Shown here piece by piece: positions 54,556-64,000 of a stretch of 64,000 nucleotides of DNA. The DNA is from an uncultured Prevotellaceae bacterium. GTDB lineage: Bacteria > Bacteroidota > Bacteroidia > Bacteroidales > Bacteroidaceae. The notes under the pieces are model-generated. The model saw only the letters and a program-made list of their open reading frames with translations, ran no database searches and was not told the DNA's origin. The stretch is from contig CAMNIN010000005.1 of the NCBI GenBank assembly GCA_946540735.1, positions 43,953 to 107,952 of the forward strand, written 5' to 3'. The stretch's first letter is position 1. Each line of letters starts with the position of its first letter. The translations under genes and the position numbers were made by a program.

Positions 54556-54636
54556 TGTATTTTTCTGTACAAAGCAACTCTTTGGGTCATTCAATTAACA
54601 TCTATTAGCCAAACAAGCGCAATATTTAACATTAAT

Positions 54637-54876
54637 TTACTTTAGTTTATTCCAAATCCACAAGACGATGACTGCGCCCAGCACAGAAGTGCCAAAATTA
54701 CTAAAGGGACCACCCCATGTGATGTTGAGTAGATTAAGTACCCAACCTCCAACAACACTACCCAGGATACCTAGGAAAAAATCCATACAGCATCCTTTTC
54801 CTTCTCCGTCGGTAATTCTACTGGCGATATAACCCGCCAAAATACCTACCAAGATATAACCAAATGTGAGTTCCAT
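54637..54876 (-). CDS. GlsB/YeaQ/YmgE-family small stress-response membrane protein
   Basis: The ORF is 79 aa from MELTFGYILVGILAGYIASRI...FFLGILGSVVGGWVL...VLGAVIVLWIW. This is the typical Gly-zipper three-TM pattern. The track ORF over-extends. Confidence 0.8.
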   Translation of the reverse strand: MELTFGYILVGILAGYIASRITDGEGKGCCMDFFLGILGSVVGGWVLNLLNITWGGPFSNFGTSVLGAVIVLWIWNKLK

Positions 54877-54907
54877 ATCAAATCTATTTAGTGAGTAATT
54901 GCCAAAT

Positions 54908-55417
54908 CTATTTCGGATAGCCGGTGACCTCATTTTCAGCGGCCCTATCGAGAGAGTTCTCTTCCTCCAGCATGGTGTATGATGCCGCATGATCGTTGAG
55001 GAAGATCGAGTTTAGCGTATATTCCAATGATGTCAGCGTGGCGAGTCGTTGTTTGGGTCTAAGCTGGCACTCCCAGATAGTGATGCAATGCCATCCCAAT
55101 GCAGCAAGAGCAATAAGGTCGCGCTTGTCACGTGCGCGGTTGCGATCGATTTTCTGCTGCCAAAAGTCAGTATTGGTCTTTGGCATGCGGAAGGCGGCAC
55201 ACCCCTCATGCCCATGCCAGAAACACCCATTGACGAAGATACACGTGCGGTATTTTCTCATCACGATATCAGGATGCCCCGGGAGGCGTTTATGGAAAAG
55301 CCGATACCTGAATCCTCGTGAGAAGAGGAATCGGCGGACCAGCATCTCAGGCTTGGTGTTTTTCGACCTGATGGCCGCCATATTGTTATGACGCTGAATT
55401 TTATCGAGCGTATCCAT
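54908..55417 (-). CDS. vsr: Very-short-patch-repair (Vsr) DNA mismatch endonuclease
   Basis: The 169-aa ORF aligns block by block with E. coli Vsr: RSKNTKPE, LPGHPDIVMRKYRTCIFVNGCFWHGH, KTNTDFWQQKIDRNRARD and GWHCITIWEC. Confidence 0.9.
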   Translation of the reverse strand: MDTLDKIQRHNNMAAIRSKNTKPEMLVRRFLFSRGFRYRLFHKRLPGHPDIVMRKYRTCIFVNGCFWHGHEGCAAFRMPKTNTDFWQQKIDRNRARDKRDLIALAALGWHCITIWECQLRPKQRLATLTSLEYTLNSIFLNDHAASYTMLEEENSLDRAAENEVTGYPK

Positions 55418-55429
55418 TGTACGAGAAGA

Positions 55430-56323
55430 TCAAATGCCCAAACCTCCAGAGAAAGACACGTCAACCGCCTTGCTTTGCAGGATCCTCGACCCGGGTGGTA
55501 CACTATGCGTAAGCCAGATATTACCACCCACCACGGTATCATGCCCGATGGTTATTCTCCCCAGAATCGTGGAGTTGGCATAGATTGTCACACGGTCGCC
55601 AATGATGGGATGGCGGGGCACATTGACGGGTCTTCCACTGTCGTCGACCTGGAAATTCTTCGCCCCCAGGGTCACGCCCTGATAGATGGTCACATGATTG
55701 CCTATAATACAAGTTTCTCCGATGACGACTCCTGTACCATGGTCGATGGAGAAGAACTCCCCGATCTGAGCACCCGGATGGATATCAATACCAGTAGCTG
55801 AATGAGCCCTCTCGGTAAGGATTCTCGGCAGGACCGGCACTTTCATGACATGCAGTTGATGAGCCACTCGATAATGCAGCATCGCCTGCACCACAGGATA
55901 GCAAAAAATCACCTCGCTGTAATTGCGCACAGCAGGATCGTTGTCGTATATGGCCCTTACATCAGTGAAAAGCAAACGTTTGATTTCTGGAAGCGTATCG
56001 ATGAACTGGAGCATCATTGACTCAGCCTCTTGTTCCACTTTTTCATCACATCCTCTTTCAAACTGTAATGCGAGGGCTATTTGTTCCCGGAGTAAGATAC
56101 TCAGTCGTTCGACATTCACTCCGATATGATATTCCCGGAAAGAGGCGTCGTCTAACTTATCGTCGAAATAGGCAGGAAACACGATGTCGCGCACCAGCTC
56201 TACGATAGTGCGAAGTGCTTGCACAGAAGGCAATGTTCGTCCTGAACACGCCGCAACGATGCCTTCTTCTACTGAAGTATCAGAGAGCAATGCAATATTT
56301 TTCTTGAAGACCTTTTCTTTCAT
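55430..56323 (-). CDS. cysE: Serine O-acetyltransferase (long Bacteroidetes form)
   Basis: The 297-aa ORF has the hexapeptide-repeat core GIDIHPGAQIGEFFSIDHGTGVVIGETCIIGNHVTIYQGVTLG. Confidence 0.85.
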   Translation of the reverse strand: MKEKVFKKNIALLSDTSVEEGIVAACSGRTLPSVQALRTIVELVRDIVFPAYFDDKLDDASFREYHIGVNVERLSILLREQIALALQFERGCDEKVEQEAESMMLQFIDTLPEIKRLLFTDVRAIYDNDPAVRNYSEVIFCYPVVQAMLHYRVAHQLHVMKVPVLPRILTERAHSATGIDIHPGAQIGEFFSIDHGTGVVIGETCIIGNHVTIYQGVTLGAKNFQVDDSGRPVNVPRHPIIGDRVTIYANSTILGRITIGHDTVVGGNIWLTHSVPPGSRILQSKAVDVSFSGGLGI

Positions 56324-56325
56324 GC

Positions 56326-57780
56326 TTACCTACGTTTTTTATTCTTGGTTTTCTTTTTGACCGGCTGAGGATTTGGTGCTTTTCTTACAGCAGCCGCCAC
56401 AGCTTCCGCAATTTGCGACACTCCCTTTGCGTTAGGATGTATTCCATCACCCTGCACAGACTTCGGGTCATTGATCACCTGATACAGATCGAGGGTTTCC
56501 AACCGGTTTTGTTGAGCCACCTTGTTAATATAGGGAATGATTTCCTGGGTGATCACGCTGTCATTGATGGTCCAACTATCTTTGAAAGCCTTGATGGGAT
56601 ATGCCAGGATGATGCGGGGATGTGAAGGAAGGGCAGAAAGTTTGTCGACCATCTGCTGGTAATCGTTCAGGAATTGGTCTTTGTGCTTCCAATTCTCCGT
56701 TTTGCTGTCATTTGTACCCAGTTTGATAACCACCACATTAGGATTGAAGGCCAAAGCATCTCGCCATGCCAGTTCCTGCATATAAGGATGATCACCTTCA
56801 TTGAGAAGCGTACGAGCACTGACGCCGAAATTGCGCACCTCATACCCCTTTCCCAACAGTTTCTGAAGCTGAGCCGGATAGCCTTTCTCGTCAGACATGT
56901 CGATACCATGACCATCGGTGATACTGTTACCGATACACGCTACTCGCGTTGCATTTACGTCTGGGCTCTTCAACTGGGAGAGCCATTCCGTGAGATCGTT
57001 AAGCATCTGATCATGATGGGGGAAAGTCGTTCTCAAACCGAAACCATGTCCACCATGTGGATAGACGTGCAGAGCACATTCATTGCCCGCTCTTCTCATA
57101 GCAGTGTAATAAGCGACCCCGTTGGTGACGGGCGGGACACCAGAATCATCATTGGCCAGAAGGATGATAGACTTAGGAGTGAGATGCGGTCTAACTTGGC
57201 GATCATTGCTATAAAGCCTGATTGACTGTTCGTCATCTCTTGCCTCGCCCAAGAAATTGCGGCACGATCCTTCATGCTGGCCATTTTTACCCATCGTGAT
57301 GACAGGATAGAAGAGGATGGAGAAATCGGGCCTGACATCCCATTCCGCATGAGTGGCCACAGTAGAAGCGAGGTGTCCGCCGGCGGAAAAGCCCATGATT
57401 CCCACATCATGGGGATTGACATGCCAGGACTGTGCACTGTCACGAATCATCCGTATAGCACCTTCAGCATCCGACACAGGGATGCGTGGATTACCTTTCG
57501 GCATACGGTATTGCAGCACCACCCAGGCAATGCCTTTGCTGCAGAAGAACTCGGCCCAATCGGTGCCTTCATTCTGCATGGAAAGATGGGAATATCCTCC
57601 ACCTGGACAATCCAAGACAGCCCTTCCTGTCGCTTTCGCTGCGTCGGGAAGAAAGACATGCAAGCGAGTTGTATCACTCACATGCGGGATTTCGATCACA
57701 AAATGCCGGTTCACAGACTGTGCCTGTGAAACGAATGGCATCATCAGCGCCAAGATCAATCCTAAAACATTTTTTCTCAT
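56326..57780 (-). CDS. Secreted two-domain esterase: alpha/beta-hydrolase plus SGNH/GDSL domain
   Basis: The 484-aa ORF has a signal peptide. The N-terminal half has the GFSAGGH elbow. The C-terminal half has SGNH blocks (IGNSITDGHG, GTNDS, DGIHPN). Confidence 0.8.
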   Translation of the reverse strand: MRKNVLGLILALMMPFVSQAQSVNRHFVIEIPHVSDTTRLHVFLPDAAKATGRAVLDCPGGGYSHLSMQNEGTDWAEFFCSKGIAWVVLQYRMPKGNPRIPVSDAEGAIRMIRDSAQSWHVNPHDVGIMGFSAGGHLASTVATHAEWDVRPDFSILFYPVITMGKNGQHEGSCRNFLGEARDDEQSIRLYSNDRQVRPHLTPKSIILLANDDSGVPPVTNGVAYYTAMRRAGNECALHVYPHGGHGFGLRTTFPHHDQMLNDLTEWLSQLKSPDVNATRVACIGNSITDGHGIDMSDEKGYPAQLQKLLGKGYEVRNFGVSARTLLNEGDHPYMQELAWRDALAFNPNVVVIKLGTNDSKTENWKHKDQFLNDYQQMVDKLSALPSHPRIILAYPIKAFKDSWTINDSVITQEIIPYINKVAQQNRLETLDLYQVINDPKSVQGDGIHPNAKGVSQIAEAVAAAVRKAPNPQPVKKKTKNKKRR

Positions 57781-57792
57781 ATCATCATGGTT

Positions 57793-60207
57793 TCAATCTA
57801 TTACTTTCATCCTGGCAAATTTCGCCAAAAGCTGTTTCACACCGGCGTTGCGAAACTCCACGGTCACTTTCATGTTCTCGCCCTGGTCATCTATATTCAG
57901 CACCCGTCCGATGCCGAAACGCTGATGTTCAATGGTGCATCCGATACGCAACCCATCGGGCACAGGATTGCCGCTTGGACGAGTAGAGGGAGACAGAGCC
58001 GATCTGGATGGGACAACAGGACGTAACCGCCCCCCATGTTGCTGTTGGAGTTTCTTAAACGCTTCGGAAAAAGGATCAACAGGTTTTTCTGGTTGTCGTG
58101 GAGGTACCATCCGTGGTTTGGGATCAGCCTTGAACTGTGATGCCACGGGGTTGGAATTTTGCATCCATTGCCGAGACGTGGATCGTGCCTCTCGCCATCC
58201 ACCACGGCTCTCGCTGATACCGCTGCCTCCTTCCACTTTCATATAGTTCAGGTCGATGTCATTGAGGAAGCGGCTTTTGGTATTAAACTCCATACGCCCA
58301 TACCTCATACGGTTTTGCGCACTGGTGAGAAAGCAGTGCTGCTCGGCACGAGTGATGGCCACATAAAGTAATCGGCGCTCCTCTTCGAGTTCTCTCAGCG
58401 TGTTGGTCGAAAGCGGACTTGGGAAAATATTCTCCTCCAATCCGACTATGAAGACCGTGGGGAATTCCAAACCTTTGGCACTGTGCACAGTCATCAATGC
58501 CACCCTACCCTCGGAATCATCCTCATCACCGCCATCCAAGTCGGTCAGCAGCGATACCTCCTGCAAGTAATCCGTCATGAAAACTTCGTTGCCCTGTCCT
58601 TGTTCGCGCCTCAGATCCACGAAGTCCTTCATGCCACTGAGCAGTTCCTCCAGATTCTCTTTTCTGGCCAAGCCATCCGTTGAAGTGTCGGAGGTGATTT
58701 CCCGTGCGACACCCGACAGTTCAATGATATCTTTTCCGAGCGTAAAGATGTCATCCGTCACGATACGGTCGATAAACTGTGCAATCAAAGTTCTGAAGCC
58801 CTGTACTTTCTCTGCAGCACTCTTTGAGAGTTTCACTCCATTACCCTCCAAATCACAGATGACCTGCCATAGGCTCACCCCATGCTGCAACGCCGCATCG
58901 GCGATTTTGCTTAATGTCACATTACCAATACCTCTGGTCGGGTAGTTGATGATTCTTCGCAGGGCCTCCTCGTCGTCTGGATTTGCCACCAACCGGAAAT
59001 AGGCAATCACATCCTTTATCTCTTTTCTCTGATAGAAACTCAGCCCTCCATAGATGCGGTAAGGGATTCCTTCTTTGCGGAATTGTTCCTCAAAAGCCCT
59101 GTTTTGCGCATTAGTACGATAGAGAACTGCGAAATCGCCATAGGTACAATGTTCCTGCCGGCGAAGCTTCTGGATGATTTTACTCACCACGACCACTTCT
59201 TCCTTATCACTGTAAAGCGGATAGTATATCAGTGACTCGCCTTCATCATTACTGCTATAGACATCTTTTTGTATCTGCCTTTGGTTGTGGCTGATCAGGC
59301 TATTGGCCGCCTTCACGATTTTCTGCGTCGACCGGTAATTGCGCTCCAACTTAAACAGCTGCGTATGATCATAAAGGCCTTGGAAATCAAGAATATTGTC
59401 GATATTCGCCCCTCTGAAGGCGTAGATGCTCTGCGCATCGTCACCGACCACGCAGACATGCTGATGATTTTTGGTGAGCAGGTAGACGATTTGCTGTTGC
59501 GCATGATTCGTATCCTGGTACTCATCGACCAGCACATATTGAAAACGCGACTCATACTTCTCCCTCACTTCCTGGTGCGAATGGAAAAGCAAATAGGTAT
59601 TGAGCAGCAAATCATCAAAATCCATTGCGTTCGCCTGCCTGCACCTCTGGGCGTAAACCGTATAGATTTGATGGAGTTGTGGTACATTGACTGATCGGTC
59701 TCGACTGAGCGCATTGCTGTCTGCGGCATACATCTCAGCTGTGATGAGGTGGTTCTTGGCCAGTGAAATGGTATTGTGCACAGCTGCTGGCTTGTATTTA
59801 TCATCATCAAGTCCTAATTCCTTGATGATGTTTTTGATCAACGTGCGGGAGTCGGCCTCATCATAGATGGTATAATTGGAACGATAACCGATATGCGCTG
59901 CTTCCACCCTCAGGATTTTAGCAAACACGCTATGGAAAGTGCCCATGTTGAGATAAGCCGCTTTCTCCCCTCCGACGAGTCGGGCGATACGCTGCTTCAT
60001 CTCCTGAGCTGCCTTGTTGGTGAAGGTGAGTGCCAGGATATTCCAAGGTTTGTAATTCTCCACATCGATGAGGTAAGCCACCTTGTAAGTCAGGACCCTG
60101 GTTTTCCCCGAACCTGCCCCGGCTATGACCAAGGAGGCGCCGTCACTATATTCAACGGCCATTCTCTGGCTTTCGTTCAGTTGCTGGAGTATTTGGTCAC
60201 GATCCAT
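57793..60207 (-). CDS. UvrD/PcrA/Rep-family ATP-dependent DNA helicase
   Basis: The 804-aa ORF has Walker A (AGAGSGKT). Helicase motifs are present (DEYQDTN, VGDDAQSIYAFRGA, TVHSAKGLEF). A C-terminal Tudor-like tail is present (FGIGRVLNID). Confidence 0.92.
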   Translation of the reverse strand: MDRDQILQQLNESQRMAVEYSDGASLVIAGAGSGKTRVLTYKVAYLIDVENYKPWNILALTFTNKAAQEMKQRIARLVGGEKAAYLNMGTFHSVFAKILRVEAAHIGYRSNYTIYDEADSRTLIKNIIKELGLDDDKYKPAAVHNTISLAKNHLITAEMYAADSNALSRDRSVNVPQLHQIYTVYAQRCRQANAMDFDDLLLNTYLLFHSHQEVREKYESRFQYVLVDEYQDTNHAQQQIVYLLTKNHQHVCVVGDDAQSIYAFRGANIDNILDFQGLYDHTQLFKLERNYRSTQKIVKAANSLISHNQRQIQKDVYSSNDEGESLIYYPLYSDKEEVVVVSKIIQKLRRQEHCTYGDFAVLYRTNAQNRAFEEQFRKEGIPYRIYGGLSFYQRKEIKDVIAYFRLVANPDDEEALRRIINYPTRGIGNVTLSKIADAALQHGVSLWQVICDLEGNGVKLSKSAAEKVQGFRTLIAQFIDRIVTDDIFTLGKDIIELSGVAREITSDTSTDGLARKENLEELLSGMKDFVDLRREQGQGNEVFMTDYLQEVSLLTDLDGGDEDDSEGRVALMTVHSAKGLEFPTVFIVGLEENIFPSPLSTNTLRELEEERRLLYVAITRAEQHCFLTSAQNRMRYGRMEFNTKSRFLNDIDLNYMKVEGGSGISESRGGWREARSTSRQWMQNSNPVASQFKADPKPRMVPPRQPEKPVDPFSEAFKKLQQQHGGRLRPVVPSRSALSPSTRPSGNPVPDGLRIGCTIEHQRFGIGRVLNIDDQGENMKVTVEFRNAGVKQLLAKFARMKVID

Positions 60208-60225
60208 CGGAATGTCTGTTATTTC

Positions 60226-60960
60226 TTATTTTTTATGGTATATTCCCCCCGAAGAAGTGCTTGGGTCATAATCCTCGCCCTCCTTCGGGAACGAGGGCAT
60301 GAAAATCATTTGATGCTGGATCTGCCGCTGTCTCTTGAGCATATATGCACTTGGTGAGCGGGAACTGTATTTCAAAGGATTGGGAAGCGTGGCAGCAATC
60401 AGGGCGCACTCCGCTCTTGACAGCTGGGAGGCTTCTTTATGGAAATGATGCTGAGCCACAGCCTCCGCCCCATAGATACCTGGTCCCATTTCTATGGAGT
60501 TGACATAAACCTCCATGATGCGATGCTTGCTCCAGAACAGTTCTATCAACACCGTGAAATAGGCCTCGAGGCCTTTTCTCAGCCACGTCCTGTCCTGCCA
60601 GAGAAATACATTCTTGGCAGTTTGCTGAGAGATGGAGCTCCCACCCATTTTCCGGGCATGCGTCTGGTTATGTTTTGCAGCTTTCTTGATGGCTTCGGTA
60701 TCAAATCCATGATGAAGCAGGAACAATTGGTCCTCACTCGCCATGACGGCCACTGGCAGATGCTTGGATATCTGATCCAATGGCCTCCATGAATGGTGGC
60801 ATTCCAAACTTTTTCCTTGCGAGAGCTGATCGACACTCCTGATAATCATCAATGGGGTGACGTATACTGGAATGAAACGGTAAGCCACCACAGCAAGAAT
60901 CGTGGAAGAGAAAAACAATATGATAATCCATTTCAGGATACCAGTCAGCCATTTAAACAT
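60226..60960 (-). CDS. mtgA: Monofunctional biosynthetic peptidoglycan transglycosylase (GT51)
   Basis: The 244-aa ORF has an N-terminal TM anchor. GT51 motifs are present (ASEDQLFLLHHGFD, GGSSISQQTAKN, RKGLEAYFT..E). Confidence 0.88.
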   Translation of the reverse strand: MFKWLTGILKWIIILFFSSTILAVVAYRFIPVYVTPLMIIRSVDQLSQGKSLECHHSWRPLDQISKHLPVAVMASEDQLFLLHHGFDTEAIKKAAKHNQTHARKMGGSSISQQTAKNVFLWQDRTWLRKGLEAYFTVLIELFWSKHRIMEVYVNSIEMGPGIYGAEAVAQHHFHKEASQLSRAECALIAATLPNPLKYSSRSPSAYMLKRQRQIQHQMIFMPSFPKEGEDYDPSTSSGGIYHKK

Positions 60961-61005
60961 ACGACGTGGGTAGAAAAGAGCAGTAAGACGACATCAGATA
61001 ATGGT

Positions 61006-61031
61006 AAAAAGGGCGGATGAATCATCCGCCC
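61006..61031 (-). terminator. Rho-independent terminator of the OmpA-family gene
   Basis: The 9-bp perfect stem is gggcggatg / catccgccc. A T5 tract follows on the minus strand. Confidence 0.7.
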
Positions 61032-61058
61032 CTACATATATTCGCATGAGCTTGAATC

Positions 61059-61745
61059 TTATTGGAGAGTTCCAGCGTTTGCAGCGTCAATCATAGCCTG
61101 GCTGGCATACATATAGACTTCTACACGACGGTTCTGAGCACGTCCTGCAGCAGTGCTGTTGTCGGCGATGGGCTGGTGTGAGCCGAAACCAGAGACATTC
61201 TGGAACTGGCTTGAAGGAACGCCACAATTGACAAGATATTTAGCCACAGCCTGTGCACGGTTCTCTGAGAGAGGATCGTTCACACGGTCAGAGCCGGTGT
61301 TGTCGGTGTGGCCCTGGATGTCGATGTAGAGATCAGGCTCAGACTTCAGCATGTTGGCAAACTTGGTAAGAGCAGTCTTGGTGTTGTTTTTGAGGACGTA
61401 TTTGCCCGTATCGAAGAGGATACCACCATCGAAAGCGACTTTCACAGCGGTAAGGCCGTTCTGGTCGGTAATCTCAGACACCTGTGCATTCTCCACAGCG
61501 GCGGCCTTGGCCTTCACCTTGTCCATGTGCTTGCCAATGAGCGTACCTGCAGTGGCACCCACAGCTGTACCGACGGCAGCACCGATGACTGTGCTCTTCG
61601 TATTATGGCCAATGAGCTGTCCGATGAGTCCGCCGAGAGCGGCACCACCACCAGCACCGAGCAAACCACCTGTACCAGCGTTAGTGCTGCATCCTACAAC
61701 CATCAATGCACACATAATGTATGCAATAAAATTTGTCTTTCTCAT
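61059..61745 (-). CDS. OmpA-family lipoprotein with a Gly-zipper region
   Basis: The 228-aa ORF has a lipobox (VVGCS). A Gly-rich segment is present. The OmpA_C-like domain shows GHTDNTGS...N..LS..RA..V..YL and NRRVEV. Confidence 0.85.
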   Translation of the reverse strand: MRKTNFIAYIMCALMVVGCSTNAGTGGLLGAGGGAALGGLIGQLIGHNTKSTVIGAAVGTAVGATAGTLIGKHMDKVKAKAAAVENAQVSEITDQNGLTAVKVAFDGGILFDTGKYVLKNNTKTALTKFANMLKSEPDLYIDIQGHTDNTGSDRVNDPLSENRAQAVAKYLVNCGVPSSQFQNVSGFGSHQPIADNSTAAGRAQNRRVEVYMYASQAMIDAANAGTLQ

Positions 61746-61990
61746 AATCTTACTTTTTATTATTGGTTTTAAAAATTAAAAAACAATTCGCTATATGCCT
61801 TGTAAAAAAAATGACATTCTTTTTGCAAAGATACGACAAATCTATTTTGATGCAAAAGAAAACGGTCTTATTTTTAAGAAAAAAACTAATTTTAACCCGT
61901 TTAAAACCAATTTTTAACAAAAAAAACAGATGCGAGGATTCTACAGATAAAAAAGGAAAGGCAAAGGCGTCCTTTTCCAATTATTTTAGG

Positions 61991-61998
61991 TACTTTTG
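61991..61998 (+). promoter_or_regulatory. -7 promoter box (TACTTTTG) upstream of proS
   Basis: It matches TAnnTTTG 29 nt upstream of the ATG at 62027. Confidence 0.5.
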
Positions 61999-62026
61999 CA
62001 TCTTGAAAATAAACAATCAATCAAAG

Positions 62027-63508
62027 ATGGCAAAAGAACTGAAAGAACTCACCAAGAGAGCTGACAATTACAGTCAGTGGTATAACGACTTAGTAGTAAA
62101 GGCTGACCTTGCCGAACAATCCGCTGTGCGTGGCTGCATGGTCATCAAGCCCTATGGCTACGCCATTTGGGAGAAGATGCAGCACCAACTGGACCTGATG
62201 TTCAAGGAGACTGGGGTGCAGAACGCTTATTTCCCCTTGTTGATCCCGAAATCCTTCCTCTCGCGTGAGGCAGAGCATGTGGAGGGCTTCGCCAAGGAGT
62301 GCGCTGTGGTGACTCACTACCGTCTTCGTGCGAAAGAAGACAAGAGCGGTGTGGAGGTGGACCCGGGTGCCCGTCTGGAAGAAGAACTGATCATCCGTCC
62401 TACCTCCGAGACCATCATTTGGAATACGTACAAGAACTGGATCCACTCTTGGCGTGATCTTCCACTGATGTGCAATCAGTGGTGCAATGTGATGCGTTGG
62501 GAAATGCGTACCCGCCCGTTCCTGCGCACTTCTGAGTTTTTGTGGCAGGAGGGGCACACCGCCCATGCCACCCGTGAGGAAGCTGAGGAGGAAGCTCGCA
62601 GAATGCTGAAAGTTTACGCCGACTTCGCCGAGAAATGGATGGCAGTGCCTGTCGTTCAAGGCGTGAAGAGCGAGACGGAGCGCTTCGCAGGAGCTCTCGA
62701 CACCTACACCATAGAAGCCATGATGCAAGACGGAAAGGCTTTGCAGAGCGGCACCTCACATTTCCTCGGCCAGAATTTCGCCAAGGCCTTCGATGTCACG
62801 TTCCTCAACAAAGAAAACAAGCCCGAACTCGTCTGGGCCACCTCTTGGGGTGTCTCTACTCGTCTGATTGGTGCATTGATCATGACCCACTCCGACGACA
62901 ATGGTCTGGTTCTTCCACCGCTGCTCGCTCCAATCCAAGTCGTGATCGTGCCCATCACCAAAGGCAAGGAACAGTTGGATGCCATCACCGCCCGATTGCA
63001 GCCCGTCATCGATGCTCTTCGGGCAGCAGGTATCAGCGTGAAATACGATGATGCAGAGAACAAGCGTCCTGGATTCAAGTTCGCCGACTATGAACTGAAA
63101 GGCGTCCCCGTACGCCTGGTCATGGGAGGCCGTGACTTGGAGAACGGCACCATTGAGGTCATGCGCCGCGACACATTGGAGAAAGAGACCCGTCAAGTGG
63201 ACGGTATCGTGGAATACGTGGAGCAACTTCTCCGCGACATCCAAGCCAACATGTTTGAGAAAGCCCGCAAATGGCGTGACGATCGTATCTATGCCTGCGA
63301 CAACTATGAGGAGTTCAAAGAGCGCGTGAAAGACGGAGGATTCTTCCTCTGTCCTTGGGATGGCACTGCTGAGACCGAAGCAAAAATCAAGGAGGAGACA
63401 CAGGCTACGATCCGCTGCGTGCCCTTCGGCGTGGAGCAGACTCCAGGCATCGACATGGTGAGCGGAAAGCCCTCCGTTGCCCGTGTAATCATTGCAAGAA
63501 GCTATTGA
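62027..63508 (+). CDS. proS: Proline--tRNA ligase (archaeal/eukaryote-like type)
   Basis: The ORF is 493 aa from [30 protein letters not shown]. Class II motifs are present ([25 protein letters not shown]). The C-terminal Zn-like domain ends ...IIARSY. The track ORF over-extends upstream. Confidence 0.93.
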   Translation: MAKELKELTKRADNYSQWYNDLVVKADLAEQSAVRGCMVIKPYGYAIWEKMQHQLDLMFKETGVQNAYFPLLIPKSFLSREAEHVEGFAKECAVVTHYRLRAKEDKSGVEVDPGARLEEELIIRPTSETIIWNTYKNWIHSWRDLPLMCNQWCNVMRWEMRTRPFLRTSEFLWQEGHTAHATREEAEEEARRMLKVYADFAEKWMAVPVVQGVKSETERFAGALDTYTIEAMMQDGKALQSGTSHFLGQNFAKAFDVTFLNKENKPELVWATSWGVSTRLIGALIMTHSDDNGLVLPPLLAPIQVVIVPITKGKEQLDAITARLQPVIDALRAAGISVKYDDAENKRPGFKFADYELKGVPVRLVMGGRDLENGTIEVMRRDTLEKETRQVDGIVEYVEQLLRDIQANMFEKARKWRDDRIYACDNYEEFKERVKDGGFFLCPWDGTAETEAKIKEETQATIRCVPFGVEQTPGIDMVSGKPSVARVIIARSY

Positions 63509-63550
63509 CACTGAATGCGTTAGACAGGTGACGAATCCCTGATATTCAAG

Positions 63551-63588
63551 CGTCCGGAGAAGATATTTCTTTCTCCGGACGTTTTTTT
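63551..63588 (+). terminator. Rho-independent terminator of proS
   Basis: The 10-bp stem is cgtccggaga / tctccggacg. A T7 tract follows. Confidence 0.75.
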
Positions 63589-64000
63589 AGAAGCCGATCC
63601 TTTGTCGGGGTGGAGTCTGCTGGAGCATTTGCTGGCGAACTTTCTCGTAATGTCTCAGCTGTTCTGGGGTTACGGAAGGCACCGTCTGGCTGATGACCTC
63701 CTTGATCAGGTCAAAAGGAATCGGGCGGGTGACCATTTCCTTCACACAATAATTGAAATTTCTCCGAGCCGCCTCTTTGACGATATAGGTGATATCGGAG
63801 GAGGAGAAATTCTTGGTGAGCCGTGACAGCTCATCGTAATCGAGATTCTTCTCATGCATCCGCGTTGATAGTTCGAGTTCGAAAATCTGTTTCCGGGTGA
63901 TATCGTCAGGCAAGCCCATATAGATGATATTGTCTACCCTACCCTTCCGCAGAATTGCCGGGTCCACTCTCTCGGGATAATTGGTCATCATCAGCACATA
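63587..64000 (-). CDS. AAA+ ATPase, C-terminal part (the gene continues past the right edge)
   Basis: TNYPERVDPAILRKGRVDNIIYMGLPD is the AAA sensor-2/arginine-finger region. A helical lid domain follows. The frame stays open to the window edge. Confidence 0.7.
   Translation of the reverse strand, partial: YVLMMTNYPERVDPAILRKGRVDNIIYMGLPDDITRKQIFELELSTRMHEKNLDYDELSRLTKNFSSSDITYIVKEAARRNFNYCVKEMVTRPIPFDLIKEVISQTVPSVTPEQLRHYEKVRQQMLQQTPPRQRIGF

Overview
This 64-kb window looks like a chromosomal segment of a Bacteroidota genome, probably Bacteroidales and Prevotella-like. That assignment is an inference from several signs: a short Bacteroidetes-type sigma-A, many TAnnTTTG -7 promoter boxes, T9SS C-terminal sorting domains, GH51 and GH9 glycan genes, and GC that looks near 50% by eye. 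Coding density is high and about 60 CDS are supportable. They include housekeeping genes (gyrA, truA, rpoD, proS, glmM, mtaB, pncB, cdd, cysE, mtgA, nrnA, ridA, a UvrD-type helicase), glycan and esterase genes, and envelope genes (HtrA, OmpA-like, TonB-C, and an MBOAT/SGNH O-acylation operon). No rRNA, tRNA, CRISPR array, integrase or transposase was found. Many long ORFs in the six-frame track are antisense shadows of real genes and were rejected. The main discovery candidate lies at about 51.5-54.5 kb. An ATP-grasp ligase sits divergent from a fusion protein that joins a SipW/Sec11-type (Ser/His) signal-peptidase-like domain to a PqqD-like domain. Two 43-aa peptide genes follow in inverted orientation; both are below the ORF-track cut-off and so were not listed. 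Each peptide gene has its own promoter box and terminator, and the two share a 96-nt perfectly identical core plus 3' UTR. A paralogous split version of the peptidase and PqqD pair, coupled to an HPr-kinase-like P-loop protein, lies at 20.5-22.4 kb with no visible precursor gene. Together these look like an undescribed RiPP-type peptide-modification system. Secondary items are a radical-SAM/SPASM plus mini-lipoprotein plus T9SS phosphoesterase operon, an orphan T9SS-CTD remnant, a tandem-repeat mini-lipoprotein, a palindrome-rich MITE-like intergenic element, an AAA-CYTH fusion, a Fic-fold protein with a degenerate active-site motif, and an orphan vsr. All homology calls rest on motif and pattern recognition by eye. 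No database search was run.
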